A program made the translations under genes and the position numbers. From assembly GCA_032718475.1 (NCBI GenBank), contig JAUCBJ010007620.1, positions 62,001-126,000 of the forward strand: DNA of 64,000 bases, given 5' to 3'. Source of the DNA: Nemertoderma westbladi (lineage: Eukaryota > Animalia > Xenacoelomorpha). This document shows positions 1 through 12,167 of the stretch, one piece after another. Each line of letters starts with the position of its first letter. Positions within the stretch are counted from its first letter, which is position 1. The notes below the pieces were generated by a model. That model did not search any database. It was given only the letters and a program-made list of their open reading frames with translations, and was not told where the DNA came from.

Positions 1-89
1 TTGGGATTTGGAAATAAGGAATTTGGGTAAATCATTTGGGCTTTGGAAATAGGGAATTTGCGATTTTGAATCTGTAAATCAAACGTATT

Positions 90-545
90 ACAAGTTTATG
101 CAGGTTAGTAAAGGAGCAGGCTATAGAGGCGGGAAGATAGAACCAAAACAATAAACAATAGTTAACACATGTTACAAGATTATACAGGTTAGTAAAGGAG
201 CAGATTATAGAGGCGGGTAGATAGAACCAAAACAATAAACGATAGTTAACACATGTTACAAGAGGTATGCAGGTTAGTAAAGGAGCAGGTTATAGAGGCG
301 GGTAGATAGAACCAAAACAATAAACGATAGATAACACATGTTACAAGATTATGCAGGTTAGTAAAGGAGCAGGTTATAGAGGCGGGTAGATAGAACCAAA
401 ACAATAAACGATAGATAACACATGTTACAAGATTATGCAGGTTAGTAAAGGAGTAGGTTACCGAGGCGTGTAGATTGAACCAAAACTATAAACGATAGTT
501 AACTCGTGTTTGAAAATTATGCTGGTTAATAAAGGAGCAGGTTAA
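90..545. repeat. 84-bp tandem repeat, ~5.5 copies
   Basis: AAAGGAGCAG-type anchor recurs at ~111, 195, 280, 364, 448 and 532. Confidence 0.85.
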
Positions 546-1076
546 ATATGAACTCAAATATGAAAATGCGGATTTACCGATAAATGATGAAGGTGGAGTA
601 TAATTTATTATTATTATGAGATTATTTATTCCAGATCCATCTATTAATAGCACAACAGCGATTATTACAAATAGAGTAGAGTAGAGTGAAGCACCGAATT
701 ACACGGACATATTTTGCGAATATATATTAAAATATTATTGTTATAGAGTTAAATATACGTGAAAAAAAACTGGAGAGAGTGAAACGTTGTATAGGTATGA
801 AGGACTTTAAACGTAAAGATACAAGCATACCGGAGGCGCCTCTATATAGGAGTTATGAAGTTGAGTTGAGGAACAATGACCTTTCATTGTCTGGCAATAT
901 AATACAGTCATTACTGCAGTCAGTTTAACCTGGGTTAGTGGGCTGAGTAGTGATTGACCTGTATAGTATAACGTCAGGTGTGTGTGCCTCCTTGTTCTTA
1001 CACTGGTACCAACAGTAAGAGCTCATGAGGGATGACGTATTCTGATAGGGCGTTGTCTTAGCAATAATAGGCTGGG

Positions 1077-1230
1077 TATGGGGCGCCGTTTGGGCCAAAA
1101 TAAAAAAAAACATATTATATTAAAAAGTTGTAATGGTATGTTTTTTATCTTGCCGTTTGGGCCAAAAGTTGTAATGGTATGTTTTTTATCTTGCCGTTTG
1201 GGCCAAAAATAGCTGAGAGGGAAATTTGAA
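1077..1230 (+). repeat. Left TIR with three internal GCCGTTTGGGCCAAAA repeats
   Basis: Near-perfect reverse complement of 8335-8489. Confidence 0.9.
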
Positions 1231-2653
1231 TTATCACTTTCTATATACTGTATTTAGCAATTCAATTATCATCATACCTGTGAGCCTGTCTGCCTATACA
1301 TGATTGTGGATTGTATTTACACACGGTACCATATCGCTGTAGGAGTGGACTTTAGGCTTACCTCCCGCTGTATGGCTGTATGGGCCTTGGCCTACCGGTA
1401 CTATTATACTGTCACTGGGTAATGCTGTAATGTAGAGTTAGGCTGTTAGGTACAAATCGGTATACTATAGGCCCTGTAGCGTTATACATTGTGCTTGTGT
1501 TAGGCATACATCTTGTGGTCCACAATACTGCAATACTGAGGCATTAATGTCAGAATGTCGGCACACGGACGGCCACAAACTTCAGTTAGTGACGATCAGC
1601 TTCGCTATTTAAGAACTGTACAAAGGTTTACAACTAAGAATATTTCCAATATTATGAACGTATCGGAAAGGACGATCAAACGACGATGTTCCAGTTTAGG
1701 TTTTACCAATCAACGATTCACCCAAATATCGGATGATAGACTGGATCAACATATTAGCGAAATTCTTTCAGATACACCCAATATAGGAGAAGTTTATTTG
1801 GCTGGAGCATTGCGTTCTATCGGAATAAATGTACAGCGATGGAAGCTCAGGGAACGAATGGATATTTTAGATCCAATAGGTCGAGCTTTTCGAAAAAGTA
1901 AAGCAGTTAAACGGCGGGTTTATTTTGTGAAAGGTGCCAATCACCTATGGCACGTGGACTCAAACCACAAACTTATAAACTGGCGTTTCGTTATCCACGG
2001 AATTGTCGATGGTTACAGCAGAATGGTAGTCGGATTTCTCTTCTGTGACAACAATCGGTCGGAAACAGTGCTAAAGAATTTTAAAGACGCTGTTTCAAAA
2101 TACGGGCTACCACTTCGAGTGCGAGGTGATTTAGGTGTAGAGAATTTTGAAATCGCGCGTTTTATGTTAGATTCTCGGGGACTTGGTAGAGGAAGCTACA
2201 TTGGTGGTAGAAGCGTACATAACACTAGGAACGAACGCCTGTGGGGTGAAGTGAATCGAGTTGTTAGCAATACCTATAAGCAGTTTTCATCCGCCTGGAA
2301 GAAGATGGAGAACTCGATCGAAACAACGAGATACATATATTCATATTGCACTACATTTATACTCCACGTATCAGGAAATCCCTTGATCGCTTACTTGGGG
2401 AGCTAAATAACCGCAGTGTGAGTACAGGGGGCATGAAGAAACCTAACCAGATGTGGTGTGAAAGTGTATTATTGGATGCAGGTCTAGAATTCAGGAATAC
2501 GAACTGTGCAGAGGGAAGCGCTGCTGCTGGTGGAGGTCTAGAGGATGAAACTGTGCAAGAGATAATTTCATACACTGGAGAAGAAGAAGTTGAAATAGAA
2601 CCGAGTGGGTTATCTGAAATAGTAGTCCCTGAATTAACTTACGAGCCTCAGAT

Positions 2654-4107
2654 ACTACTACTACTAATACTAGGATCGGCATGCTGCATTGCAGCTGCAT
2701 TTTTAAGAATGCTGTGCCGGCTTGTCAACAAAATTGCACCGCCACAACTCCCTATCACCCATGACATTTGCTAGATCATCCGCGTCTTTAAGGCCAGTGT
2801 CCTTTAAGATGCGTCTCAAGAAAGTCATGGGCTGTCCACCATGCTTATTCACTCCATGAGGCTGCCAAAGTACAAGATTATGCACTGGCTGGTCCTCACG
2901 GCGAAAGCAATGTCCTGCAAAGCGGAGGCGATTTTGTTCTAGTGTCAAGCTTGGGGGAACCAATGAGACACCTCCAATGTTATATAGTGTCTGGTTGGAG
3001 ATGTGTGCATTGTACTTGACACAATGAACCCGGCGTAGCATTCTTGTGAATGTGCCATCCAGAGATTTGGTGTCCTCAGCAGTTAGAGCCCAGCATGGAC
3101 TCCCGTAGAGGAGTACTGGAACTACTGCTGCTCTAAATAATCGGACCTTAAGTTTCCGATTAATTCTCGGTGACTTCCAAATCCTGGAAAGCCTATTCAA
3201 GGCTGCCCATGCCTTTCCCTTACGTATTCGAAGGTCCTCACCTGACTTCCGGATCCATGATCCCAGGTAACAGAAGTCGTCCACATGCTCAAGCATACCA
3301 TCCTTTGAGCTTATGCTCATCCGATCAGAGACTTGCTGAGGACTTTCAAAGTTAACTGTCAGAATTTTGGTCTTTCTAGAGTTAATAAAAAGACCAACAC
3401 TAGAAGCAGCATGTTCTAATGAGCTGAGGAGCCGTTGGGCTCCCTCTAATGATTCTGAGAGTACTCCTAAGTCATCAGCAAAGTCTAGATCAGTTAGGTA
3501 CTTGGCAGGATTTCCTCGACTTCTGGAGCCAGTAGGTGGAGTTATCATCACCCCATCATCATTATAATGATCTAAAGACATGCGTAGAACATAGTCAACC
3601 ACAATAATGAACAAGAATGGTGCAAGTGTGTCTCCTTGGAGGACGCCCCATAACACTTCAAATGGTTCTGTGTCACCGTCAACAGTAGACACAAATGTTG
3701 TCGAACCATCGTATACTGATCTGATTGCTGCAATAATTTCATCAGGAATCCCATATAATGAAAGTATGCTGAACATACGTGAGCGAGAGACTGAATCAAA
3801 GGCCTTGAAGAAGTCAACAAAGATAACAGCCAGATGCCTGTCTTTCTTTTTTGATAACTCTTCAATTATCCTTCTAAGTGCCAAAATGGGCTCCATGGTC
3901 CCACGACCTTTACGGAACCCATTCTGATTTCCACGGAGCAGTCTCTCAATGGGATCCCTGATGCGATTTAATAGAATCCTATTGTATAGCTTTGCAGCAA
4001 TCGAGATCAATGAGATTCCCCGAAAAGAACCATAGAGTGTTAGGTTGCCCTTCTTGGGAACTGGCACCAACTTATTTGTTTTAATTATTTAATTATTACA
4101 GTTATTT
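2654..4107 (-). mobile_element. 5'-truncated RTE-clade non-LTR retrotransposon
   Basis: 11-bp TSD GAGCCTCAGAT (2643-2653, 4108-4118), (TAG)n-type 3' tail at 2654-2672, RT ORF. Confidence 0.85.
2703..4070 (-). CDS. LINE reverse transcriptase (C-terminal part of ORF2)
   Basis: FRGISL, QNGFR, FVDFFKAFDS, GVLQGDTLAP, LDFADD, FCYLGS, RLRFAGH motifs. Confidence 0.9.
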   Translation of the reverse strand: MVPVPKKGNLTLYGSFRGISLISIAAKLYNRILLNRIRDPIERLLRGNQNGFRKGRGTMEPILALRRIIEELSKKKDRHLAVIFVDFFKAFDSVSRSRMFSILSLYGIPDEIIAAIRSVYDGSTTFVSTVDGDTEPFEVLWGVLQGDTLAPFLFIIVVDYVLRMSLDHYNDDGVMITPPTGSRSRGNPAKYLTDLDFADDLGVLSESLEGAQRLLSSLEHAASSVGLFINSRKTKILTVNFESPQQVSDRMSISSKDGMLEHVDDFCYLGSWIRKSGEDLRIRKGKAWAALNRLSRIWKSPRINRKLKVRLFRAAVVPVLLYGSPCWALTAEDTKSLDGTFTRMLRRVHCVKYNAHISNQTLYNIGGVSLVPPSLTLEQNRLRFAGHCFRREDQPVHNLVLWQPHGVNKHGGQPMTFLRRILKDTGLKDADDLANVMGDRELWRCNFVDKPAQHS

Positions 4108-4351
4108 GAGCCTCAGATGGTATTGGTCCAACTGCTACAAGAAATTAACCCATTGGCTGAAGACAATATCTTTGGAATGGAGTTATATAAGCGGGCAATA
4201 AGTATTGTTGTTAATCACTCTTAATCATTTCTCAGTGGGGGGTATAATAATATATATGAAAGAAATGTGGCTTCACTTATTATCTCGTGCTGTGCGAATA
4301 ATATTATTAATATTATTCATTTATAATATATATTAATATTATTCATTAATA

Positions 4352-4610
4352 AGCAGCAGCTTGGTCTAGTGGTGACATTCCTGGGCTTCCAATTAGGGAG
4401 CCCTGGTTCGATCCCTAGATGGGGCAGCACTGTTTGGGCACAGTGCTTTAAATGCTGCAGCCTAGCCCAACCCCGGCTTTCATCCTTCAGTGGTCGATAA
4501 ATGGGAACCAAGGCAACTTGGGAAACAGAGTGGAAGGGTTTACTGTGGAAGATCACCCATGGTGGTGAACAGGCTTTCCTTGGCTTAACGAGCCTAAAAG
4601 ATTCTCCCAA
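4352..4610 (+). mobile_element. tRNA-derived SINE
   Basis: A box TGGTCTAGTGG and B box GGTTCGATCC; 12-bp TSD TATTCATTAATA at 4340-4351 and 4611-4622. Confidence 0.75.
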
Positions 4611-5093
4611 TATTCATTAATATTAAATATAATTTAAATCTTCGAGCTTTACTCTGCAGATAGGGGGGAACTGGACGCAATAAAAATTCATCCCTATCCA
4701 GGGGAAATTGGTCGCAAATAACAGATGATTACTCTCAAAAATAAAACGGTGTTCTATTGTGTTTAGTTTATTGTTTTGGTTAAAATATCGTGCCACTGTA
4801 ACCTGCTCCTTTCCCTAAATTGAGAATTTAACATTGAGGCGGGATATTAATTCACCAAGGCGGGTTTTGCGTCGAGTTTCCCCCCCCCCCCCCTGTCTCT
4901 TACTCTGTATGTATATATAGGGAAAAATAACTGAAAAACAATAATTTTTTAATAATCAAAGAATTATCAATCAATTCAATAGAATTATAAAATTACTTAT
5001 CCCAAATTCAAAGAATTATCAATAAACACTCCCGGTAGTTAAAATAACCAATAGTTATGACCCGACTAATAATTATTAAATCCGTTGATATTC

Positions 5094-6938
5094 TCAAATC
5101 AGAGTAAATTCTGGAGACATTAGAATGTCGTCAGTAACCAATTGGAAGAATTTATTGGAATTCGCTGCTAGATACCGAGTATTGAGAGGGAAGTGAATAG
5201 TTTGTGAGCAGGCATCCGCATAGAGCCCCTTAAAACCATCCTGTGGAAGAGATTCATCTTTCTCGAATTCGAGATTACCTTCGAAGTTTGGAAATCTACT
5301 GCCACTTCCAAATTGTAATATATCCGCAAGAAATAAGTATTTCCTGTTGGTGTCTTCAAAATCCGTCTTTAGGTAGTCGGAATCACATGATGGTATATGA
5401 GGTTGATTATTTCCAATTTTAACGAGAAAACGTTGAAATTTGAAGGCCATTTGAGTTTCTCTTTCATGTTCAACAGTCCCTGGGTGTGATTTATACACAG
5501 GCTCAAAACAGTTCTTTACATCTTCTGCAGAAATAACTCTTTGTGTTAATAACGCCTTGGCATCCTCGGGATGCTGCTTTAACACATCAAACACACCAAA
5601 CAATTTCAACCCTTTCCTGAAATTATATATTTCTTCGGCAGTCGAACTAACTAATATATGTTTATAAACAAGCTGCAGAAAACTATGCTTTTCTTGAATA
5701 TCAAAATCAGCGGTTGCTATTCCCATATCAAACCGTTCCTCAAATAGGCCTAAGTTAGCCTTAAAATCTTGCAGAGTAATGGAATTCACAATTGCTTTAA
5801 TTTTACTGAGTCGATCATCATCTGCAGGAAGTTCTTCAAAATTGGAAGTATGGGGGATTTCCAGTACAGCAGCAGCTAGTGTCGGAGACAAACAATGTGG
5901 ACCTGGTAAATTATTAATAATCGCTAAAGCTACCATGTTGCCAAAATACAAGAACCTATTGAGATTTACTAAATTATGCCTGAAAAGAAGGTTTGGGTAA
6001 GTTCCCCTAAACAGAGATCCTGATTGCTTGGTGAAAAACAAGCTAAACAGCTCTCTTGTTAAACCACCAGTATCTGTGCCACCTTCACATAGAAACTTGA
6101 CAATAACATTAGGTGAATCGATGTCTTCATCTTCCAGTGTTTCATAAACACTCGTAACAACAGAGCTGCGTGGAACTTCAAATCGTGTAACTTGGTTTAG
6201 AGAATACTTATTAGTCAAACTCGTCATTTTCGCGACAATCCCATCAGCAACTGGGCATTCAATGTGAAATTCCTCACCCTCTTCTGGCTCTTCTTCTACC
6301 AATATCAACGGGTCCATGTCACCTTCGCTCGTCACAAAATCACCATACCTCTCGGGTGGCCTGGTTTCACGTCTGGGCCTACTTGATAGATGCTGGTCAG
6401 TATTCAATTCGTTACTGGTATTACTACAAGACGATTCATAGTACTGAACACGAGTAGATGCCAGTTCAGCTCTTGTCATCTCCTGCTCCGATGCGCATGT
6501 CAACTCATTAGATGGTTTATTACGATCGAAAGTACAACTCAAATCAAACACTGCATCTTGTTGACAAATTAAGCATTTACTATCAACAAGTTCCTCTAAA
6601 CTTGTAGTTCTTCCACATATGCAAAATGTAGATGTAGATTCATAGGTGGTTTCAGTAATATCAGGGTTAATATCCGAACTACAGGGTTCGGGTACTGGTA
6701 CATTTTCCATGATAAGAGGGATAGTTTCAGTGGGTTTATTCGTAATTGCAATATATAGCGTACGATTGTACTTCTTGAAAACATTAAAAACGCCCTCACC
6801 ATCTAGAACCGAACCAGGCCCCAGAGTGGATATTGCGTTGAACAATTTTGAATAGCATGCAAGTAGAATAGTACATTGGGATGAGCACAAAGGAACGGAG
6901 GGTACGCTATTGGTAACGGTACGGTCTCTACAGTTCAA
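5094..6938 (-). CDS. HECT-domain E3 ubiquitin ligase-like protein (G2E3-like HECT) carried by the DNA transposon; 5' part probably extends, disrupted, to an ATG at ~7259
   Basis: HECT N-lobe signature VKFLCEGGTDTGGLTRELFSLF, then YFGNMVALAI..GP, FRKGLKLFG, ILQFGSGS and a C-lobe catalytic-Cys-like YADACSQTIHFP with a terminal Phe. Confidence 0.75.
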   Translation of the reverse strand: MNCRDRTVTNSVPSVPLCSSQCTILLACYSKLFNAISTLGPGSVLDGEGVFNVFKKYNRTLYIAITNKPTETIPLIMENVPVPEPCSSDINPDITETTYESTSTFCICGRTTSLEELVDSKCLICQQDAVFDLSCTFDRNKPSNELTCASEQEMTRAELASTRVQYYESSCSNTSNELNTDQHLSSRPRRETRPPERYGDFVTSEGDMDPLILVEEEPEEGEEFHIECPVADGIVAKMTSLTNKYSLNQVTRFEVPRSSVVTSVYETLEDEDIDSPNVIVKFLCEGGTDTGGLTRELFSLFFTKQSGSLFRGTYPNLLFRHNLVNLNRFLYFGNMVALAIINNLPGPHCLSPTLAAAVLEIPHTSNFEELPADDDRLSKIKAIVNSITLQDFKANLGLFEERFDMGIATADFDIQEKHSFLQLVYKHILVSSTAEEIYNFRKGLKLFGVFDVLKQHPEDAKALLTQRVISAEDVKNCFEPVYKSHPGTVEHERETQMAFKFQRFLVKIGNNQPHIPSCDSDYLKTDFEDTNRKYLFLADILQFGSGSRFPNFEGNLEFEKDESLPQDGFKGLYADACSQTIHFPLNTRYLAANSNKFFQLVTDDILMSPEFTLI

Positions 6939-8334
6939 TTTTTTGTTAAATGCATTGACCAGTGTTTCCTTAACTCCAATCTCTGGTTAAATTTCTATCC
7001 AGCTGTAACTGATTAATATACCAACCTTGTGCAACTAATTCTTCTCTGGCTGACCATCTTGGAATTTTCGAACCATTTTTATAACATTCAGGAAGCATAA
7101 ATACATTCAATGCGAAAATTACTTTCTTTGGGGCGGTAGCTGTATCTTGAGAATTTGAATCGCAAGGTAGTCCAATGCCTACGGGTACAGGTTACGTTTA
7201 AAAATCGACGAGAGTTCGGCATTCATTTCACTAAGTTTCTTTCTATCATTTGGATCCATATTAAGACGGTCTGGCAAAATCCGGAATTGTAATTACAAAG
7301 TTCAGAAGTTACATTCAGGCAGACCAGACTACTGCACCGGTAGTTGTAATACGGTAGTGTAGTTAGCAGCAATACTAGTTCTGTAGGTTTTTTTAAATTT
7401 ATTTAATATTACATCTGTCTGTATGTACATCAAACAATTATAAACAAAAATAGCAAATTGGAAATAATAAATAACAGGACAATACATCAACATGTTAAAT
7501 TTGGAACGGTTGTAGAGTTTATAGTTCAATTCCTGGAAGTCTGGTTGGTGTTGGCCAGGCAGCCAGGACAGCAGGAGGATGAATCTGTCGTCTATATTGC
7601 ACTGTACCCGTCGAAATGCAGAGCAATACCCCGAGCTAGGCATAGTACACAGTCTGACAGTAACGCTGAACTCAATGCTGCTACAATCTGACAATATCAA
7701 GAATGAATAACTCTGTCGAACCCAGCGTCAGCAGATGGAGGATGAGTAGGCCTACCGGTATCAGATCTCTCGCCTTTCCGCATGTTTTCGTGCCAGATGC
7801 GCATATGGCTGGATGGGGTACCGTTTAACGTACATACGTCAGTACGTATTTCTGTATGCTGGTATGTAGTTCCAGTTACCAGTATCAGAGTATTACATGA
7901 CAGCATGAGGATTACATCAGTACATACCGGTTTTGGATTGCTGTATTAAGACAGCCTGGGTTTAGCTCTGTCTGCCTTTAGCAGGTCAAATACTGAAATA
8001 CTACAGGCAGTAGGCCTACCGGCAGACCGGTACTGTATTAGTGATAGCAGATGGCCTACCTAATTGGTTTTGCAGTATGTTTTACATGCACAGGCTGACA
8101 GTTATAGCCTGATATAGACTGATATGAGTGATAGCCTACTGACTGACTGACATCTAAAGCAATAAAGAGTCTAGTCACATCACAAGTCCAGAAGTCAGGC
8201 AGTCAGGTGCAGGTGTCAGGAGCTATGAATAGGACATACCGGTAGCGGCAATTCCTTCAGTTCTGCAGTTAGTCAGTAAGGGTGGAGGGAGAGGGAGCCT
8301 AAAGGCGAAAGGCCTCCATTGTCCATTCTGCCAG

Positions 8335-8489
8335 TTCAAATTTCCCTCTCTGCTGTTTTTGGCCCAAACGGCAAGATAAAAAAACATACCATTACAACTT
8401 TTGGCCCAAACGGCAAGATAAAAAACATACCATTATAACTTTTTAATATAATATGTTTTTTTTATTTTTGGCCCAAACGGCGCCCCACA
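8335..8489 (-). repeat. Right TIR
   Basis: Reverse complement of 1077-1230, followed by TSD GCTGGG. Confidence 0.9.
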
Positions 8490-9097
8490 GCTGGGCCATG
8501 GAATACTAAATATAGAGTATTTAGTATTATTATTATTATTATTATCAGTAGTAGTATCTATATTTAGTATTCCATGGCTGGGCTGATCCCTTGCTTGTGT
8601 TTGCTCTAATACACTACATACTACATACACTACACACCACCACAAAGGAATGGGGAAAGAGTCAGCCACTGCGATACCAATAATACTGTAATTACCTCTG
8701 CCTATTGAGTAAGATGGAAATTAGGTTCATAGAGGATTAACGTTTAATGGCACTAATATATATATATTGCATACCACATGTTCAAGGAAGATCGAACAAT
8801 AGCCTTGACTATATACATACAGTAAGTCGTGTAAAGGTCATTTTGTCTGTGTAATACTCTGCAGTATTAATTTATATAATCTTTGTTTTAAATTCGAAAT
8901 ATAAACAAAAAACATTTATCCCAAATCCCAAATTCCTTATTCCCAGATACCAAAAGGACGCGTTGTTCAACTGAGCCCCGTTAGCGGAAACAGCCAGTAC
9001 CGCTAGTCGGTGGGGTTGACTTGTTGACAAGAGGCTATTATGAGGCGTAATGAGATACGCATTGCGTATCTTCTTCAGGGAACCAATAATGGCAGAT

Positions 9098-9820
9098 CCC
9101 AAATTCCTTATTCCCAAATCCCAAATACCTTAATCCCAAACACCTTATTCCCAAATCCCAAACATCTTATTCCCAAATCCCAAATACCTTATTCCCAAAT
9201 CCCAAATACCTTATTCCCAAATCCCAAATACCTTATTCCCAAATCCCAAATACCTTATTCCCAAATACCTTATTCCCAATCCCAAATACCTTATTCCCAA
9301 ATACCTTATTCCCAAATCCCAAATACCTTATTCCCAAATACCTTATTCCCAAATCCCAAATACCTTATTCCCAAATACCTTATTCCCAAATCCCAAATAC
9401 CTTATTCCCAAATACCTTATTCCCAAATCCCAAATACCTTATTCCCAAATACCTTATTCCCAAATCCCAAATACCTTATTCCCAAATACCTTATTCCCAA
9501 ATCCCAAATACCTTATTCCCAAATACCTTAATCCCAAATCCCAAATACCTTATTCCCAAATCCCAAATACCTTATTCCCAAATCCCAAATACCTTATTCC
9601 CAAATACCTTATTCCCAAATCCCAAATACCTTATTCCCAAATACCTTATTCCCAAATACCTTATTCCCAAATACCTTATTCCCAAATCCCAAATACCTTA
9701 TTCCCAAATACCTTAATCCCAAATCCCAAATACCTCATTCCCAAATCCCAAATACCTTATTCCCAAATCCCAAATACCTTATTCCCAAATACCTTATTCC
9801 CAAATACGTTATTCCCAAAT
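9098..9820. repeat. Minisatellite of mixed 15-bp (CCCAAATACCTTATT) and 22-bp units
   Basis: Directly visible. Related copies at 8918-8950 and, inverted, at 1-60. Confidence 0.9.
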
Positions 9821-10059
9821 TCACCATTTCTGGGATTTGCGTCCAGATTCCCCTGGTGAGATATTTTTCTGTGTGTGTCCAGTTCCACCCCCCCCCCCCC
9901 CCCCCTCCCCCCCCTATCTGAACTTTACGGCTCGCCGTCATTGGTTACTACATAAACATGGGACATTACTACACCCACTACAATACTAATTGTACAGGCC
10001 AATACAATGCTGTAATATCCTCTAAAGTTTTAAAGTCCTAAATAACAACTCGCTGTTAA

Positions 10060-12050
10060 TTATTATTATTATTAATATTTTCATAACAACATGCGCACAA
10101 AGCGCTATAGTTGAAAATTGCCCGGTTCAGATTGTGCACAGAATACTTAACATAATAATGAACATACAGTAGGTTATAATGTATGCATAGGTACCGAAAA
10201 AAGAAACCGTGAAAACCCAATCAATTTCAATTTATAACTAATATTATTATACAATACCAGACTTTTATAATAACACATAATATCTACAAGGCTTACATTA
10301 ATAATTATGGAATTAATAAATGAAAACTGCGGTATTCGCTCTAATTTATATAATACTTTCAAGGTAGGAATTCAGACCGACGTTTAAATGCCTTAAAAAC
10401 ATATATGCTTAATTGCTTTGTTTTGTTCTGAGATGGTAAAGCTAATAACTCAAATAATTTACCAATTGTAGGTAATCTTGTGTATTTAGCGGGAAGAAAT
10501 TTCTCCCGCAGGGATTTATAAAGCGGACACTTCAACACGAAATGGTATTCGTCCTCAACCTCCCCCAGATCGCAAAGTTGGCACAATCTCTCGCCACGCG
10601 GAATATTGTGCCAACGACCGAGCTCGACCTGCAGACGGTGAGACGAACATCTCAACTTTGTTAATGTCCGACGCAGGGTTGGGTAACCACTCATATAGTT
10701 TAGATACTGCTCCATACCAAACGAGTGTTTAACATACCACAAACTACGTGAGGTACTAGCTAAATTAGTCCACCATGTTTGAATGAAATTATCTTTTACT
10801 ATTTGCGATAGCTGACTTATAAGTAATTTAGAATCGGGAACAAATTGATTATCCCATATGTAGTTTAGTCCTGCGCCATACAACAAATCACGTACATTCG
10901 AGACCCAGTTAGTTGTCCCATGTTTTTCCGAGTCTTCCAACAGTAAAAGGTAAGCCTGTTTCACTAAACGGGAGTCTGGCTACCCTAGAATTTTCACCCA
11001 ATATTTAATAATACGGGTACGCCTAGATATAAACAAGGGAAATACTCCTGATTCACCATACACTAAACAATCAGGAGTGCTCGATTTAATCCCTAACATA
11101 TATTTCAAAAATTTAAGCTGTACACGTTCGCAGTGGTGCGCAGAGTTAAATCCCCATACCTCACTTACCATACTCGAGAACAGGCCTTACGAGTGTGTTG
11201 AATATATGCAGTTTAAGGTCGAACGAAATATTTGGGAACTTGTGTAAGTACTTTAACGTTGCAAAGTATGCCTTCATACCCTTTTCCGCTAATATAGACT
11301 GCGCATAATTAAAGCTACCCCCAGTGCTAAAAGCTATACCTAAGTATGTATATGACCCAACCACCTCCAACACATTCCGATGGAACATCCACTCCTCATG
11401 CTCGGCTAGCACTCCACCTTTACGGAATACAATAATCTTGGATTTTTTTATGTTAACATTTAAGCCCCAATAACTAGAGTAATCGCCAAGAACGTCAAGG
11501 GCCATCTGGAGGACATTTACAGAATTGCTAATAAGTACTACGTCGTCAGCGTACAATAAAAGGAAGAGTTTTAACACACCAACATCAATACCTTCAACTC
11601 CCCTGCCAGCTAACTCCGATTCAAGATCATATATGAACAGTGCGAACAGTAGAGGAGAGAGGCACTCACCTTGCCGCACTCCAACCAGACATTCAAACGC
11701 ACGAAAATGCACCCAGTACCCTAACCCTAGATTTAGCCGCAGCATACATACTTTGGATAATTTTTAGTACTTTACCCGAAAATCCCAGCGCTATTAGCTT
11801 ACACCATAGTGCAGACCTATTTATAGAGTCGAACGCCTTTTGAAAATCAATAAACGCACAATATAGTTTTTTATGCGAGCCGTTGTTAAGTTTATGGTTA
11901 ATTATTGCATTAAGAATAAATAATTGATCTATTGTACTGTACCCGTGTCTAAACCCAGCCTGCGCCTCAATAATAACACCAAAACAGTCGGCCCACCACT
12001 GTAACCTATTATTAAGTATAGTTGTGAAAATTTTGCCTAGGACATTTAGT
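10060..12050 (-). mobile_element. 5'-truncated, frameshifted RTEX-like LINE (RT plus C-terminal CCHC); outer boundaries approximate
   Basis: QAGFR and CAFIDFQKAFDS (11800-12040), GVRQGECLSP and LLYADD (11161-11745), and SSHRLQVELGRW..CQLCDLGEVEDEYHFVLKC (10359-10964). Confidence 0.8.
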
Positions 12051-12167
12051 TAATACTAAAGGCATTGAGTAATGTTACAATTTTGGAATAATAATAGGTA
12101 ATTCACAATAACGTAAGTCGCTGAAAGGCGTGTGGGGGGCGAGTAATATCTACGAACCATCAGTGAT

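Larger units (their letters stand above)
1555..4224 (+). pseudogene. Integrase-core (rve-like) DDE transposase, frameshifted near 2285 and split by a LINE at 2654-4107
   Basis: N-terminal HTH ([10 protein letters not shown]) and catalytic motifs [39 protein letters not shown]. The shifted frame continues [29 protein letters not shown]. After removing the LINE it ends EPQMVLVQLLQEINPLAEDNIFGMELYKRAISIVVNHS* (stop 4222-4224). Confidence 0.85.
1077..8489 (+). mobile_element. IS3EU-like (IS3/IS481-related) DDE DNA transposon with two convergent genes
   Basis: TIRs 1077-1230 (TATGGGGCGCCGTTTGGGCC...) and 8335-8489 (...GGCCCAAACGGCGCCCCACA). 6-bp TSD GCTGGG at 1071-1076 and 8490-8495. Integrase-core transposase inside. 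Confidence 0.85.

Noticed and set aside
4352-4430. Functional tRNA gene
   Set aside because: A and B boxes are present, but it continues into a SINE body bounded by a TSD and no convincing acceptor stem was seen.
6325-6380. RPRRETRPPERYGDFV in the HECT ORF resembling LTR integrase C-termini
   Set aside because: Short low-complexity basic motif with no other retroelement sequence around it.
9040-9531. 163-aa SQIPY repeat ORF
   Set aside because: Translation of the 15/22-bp minisatellite; the frame shifts between units.
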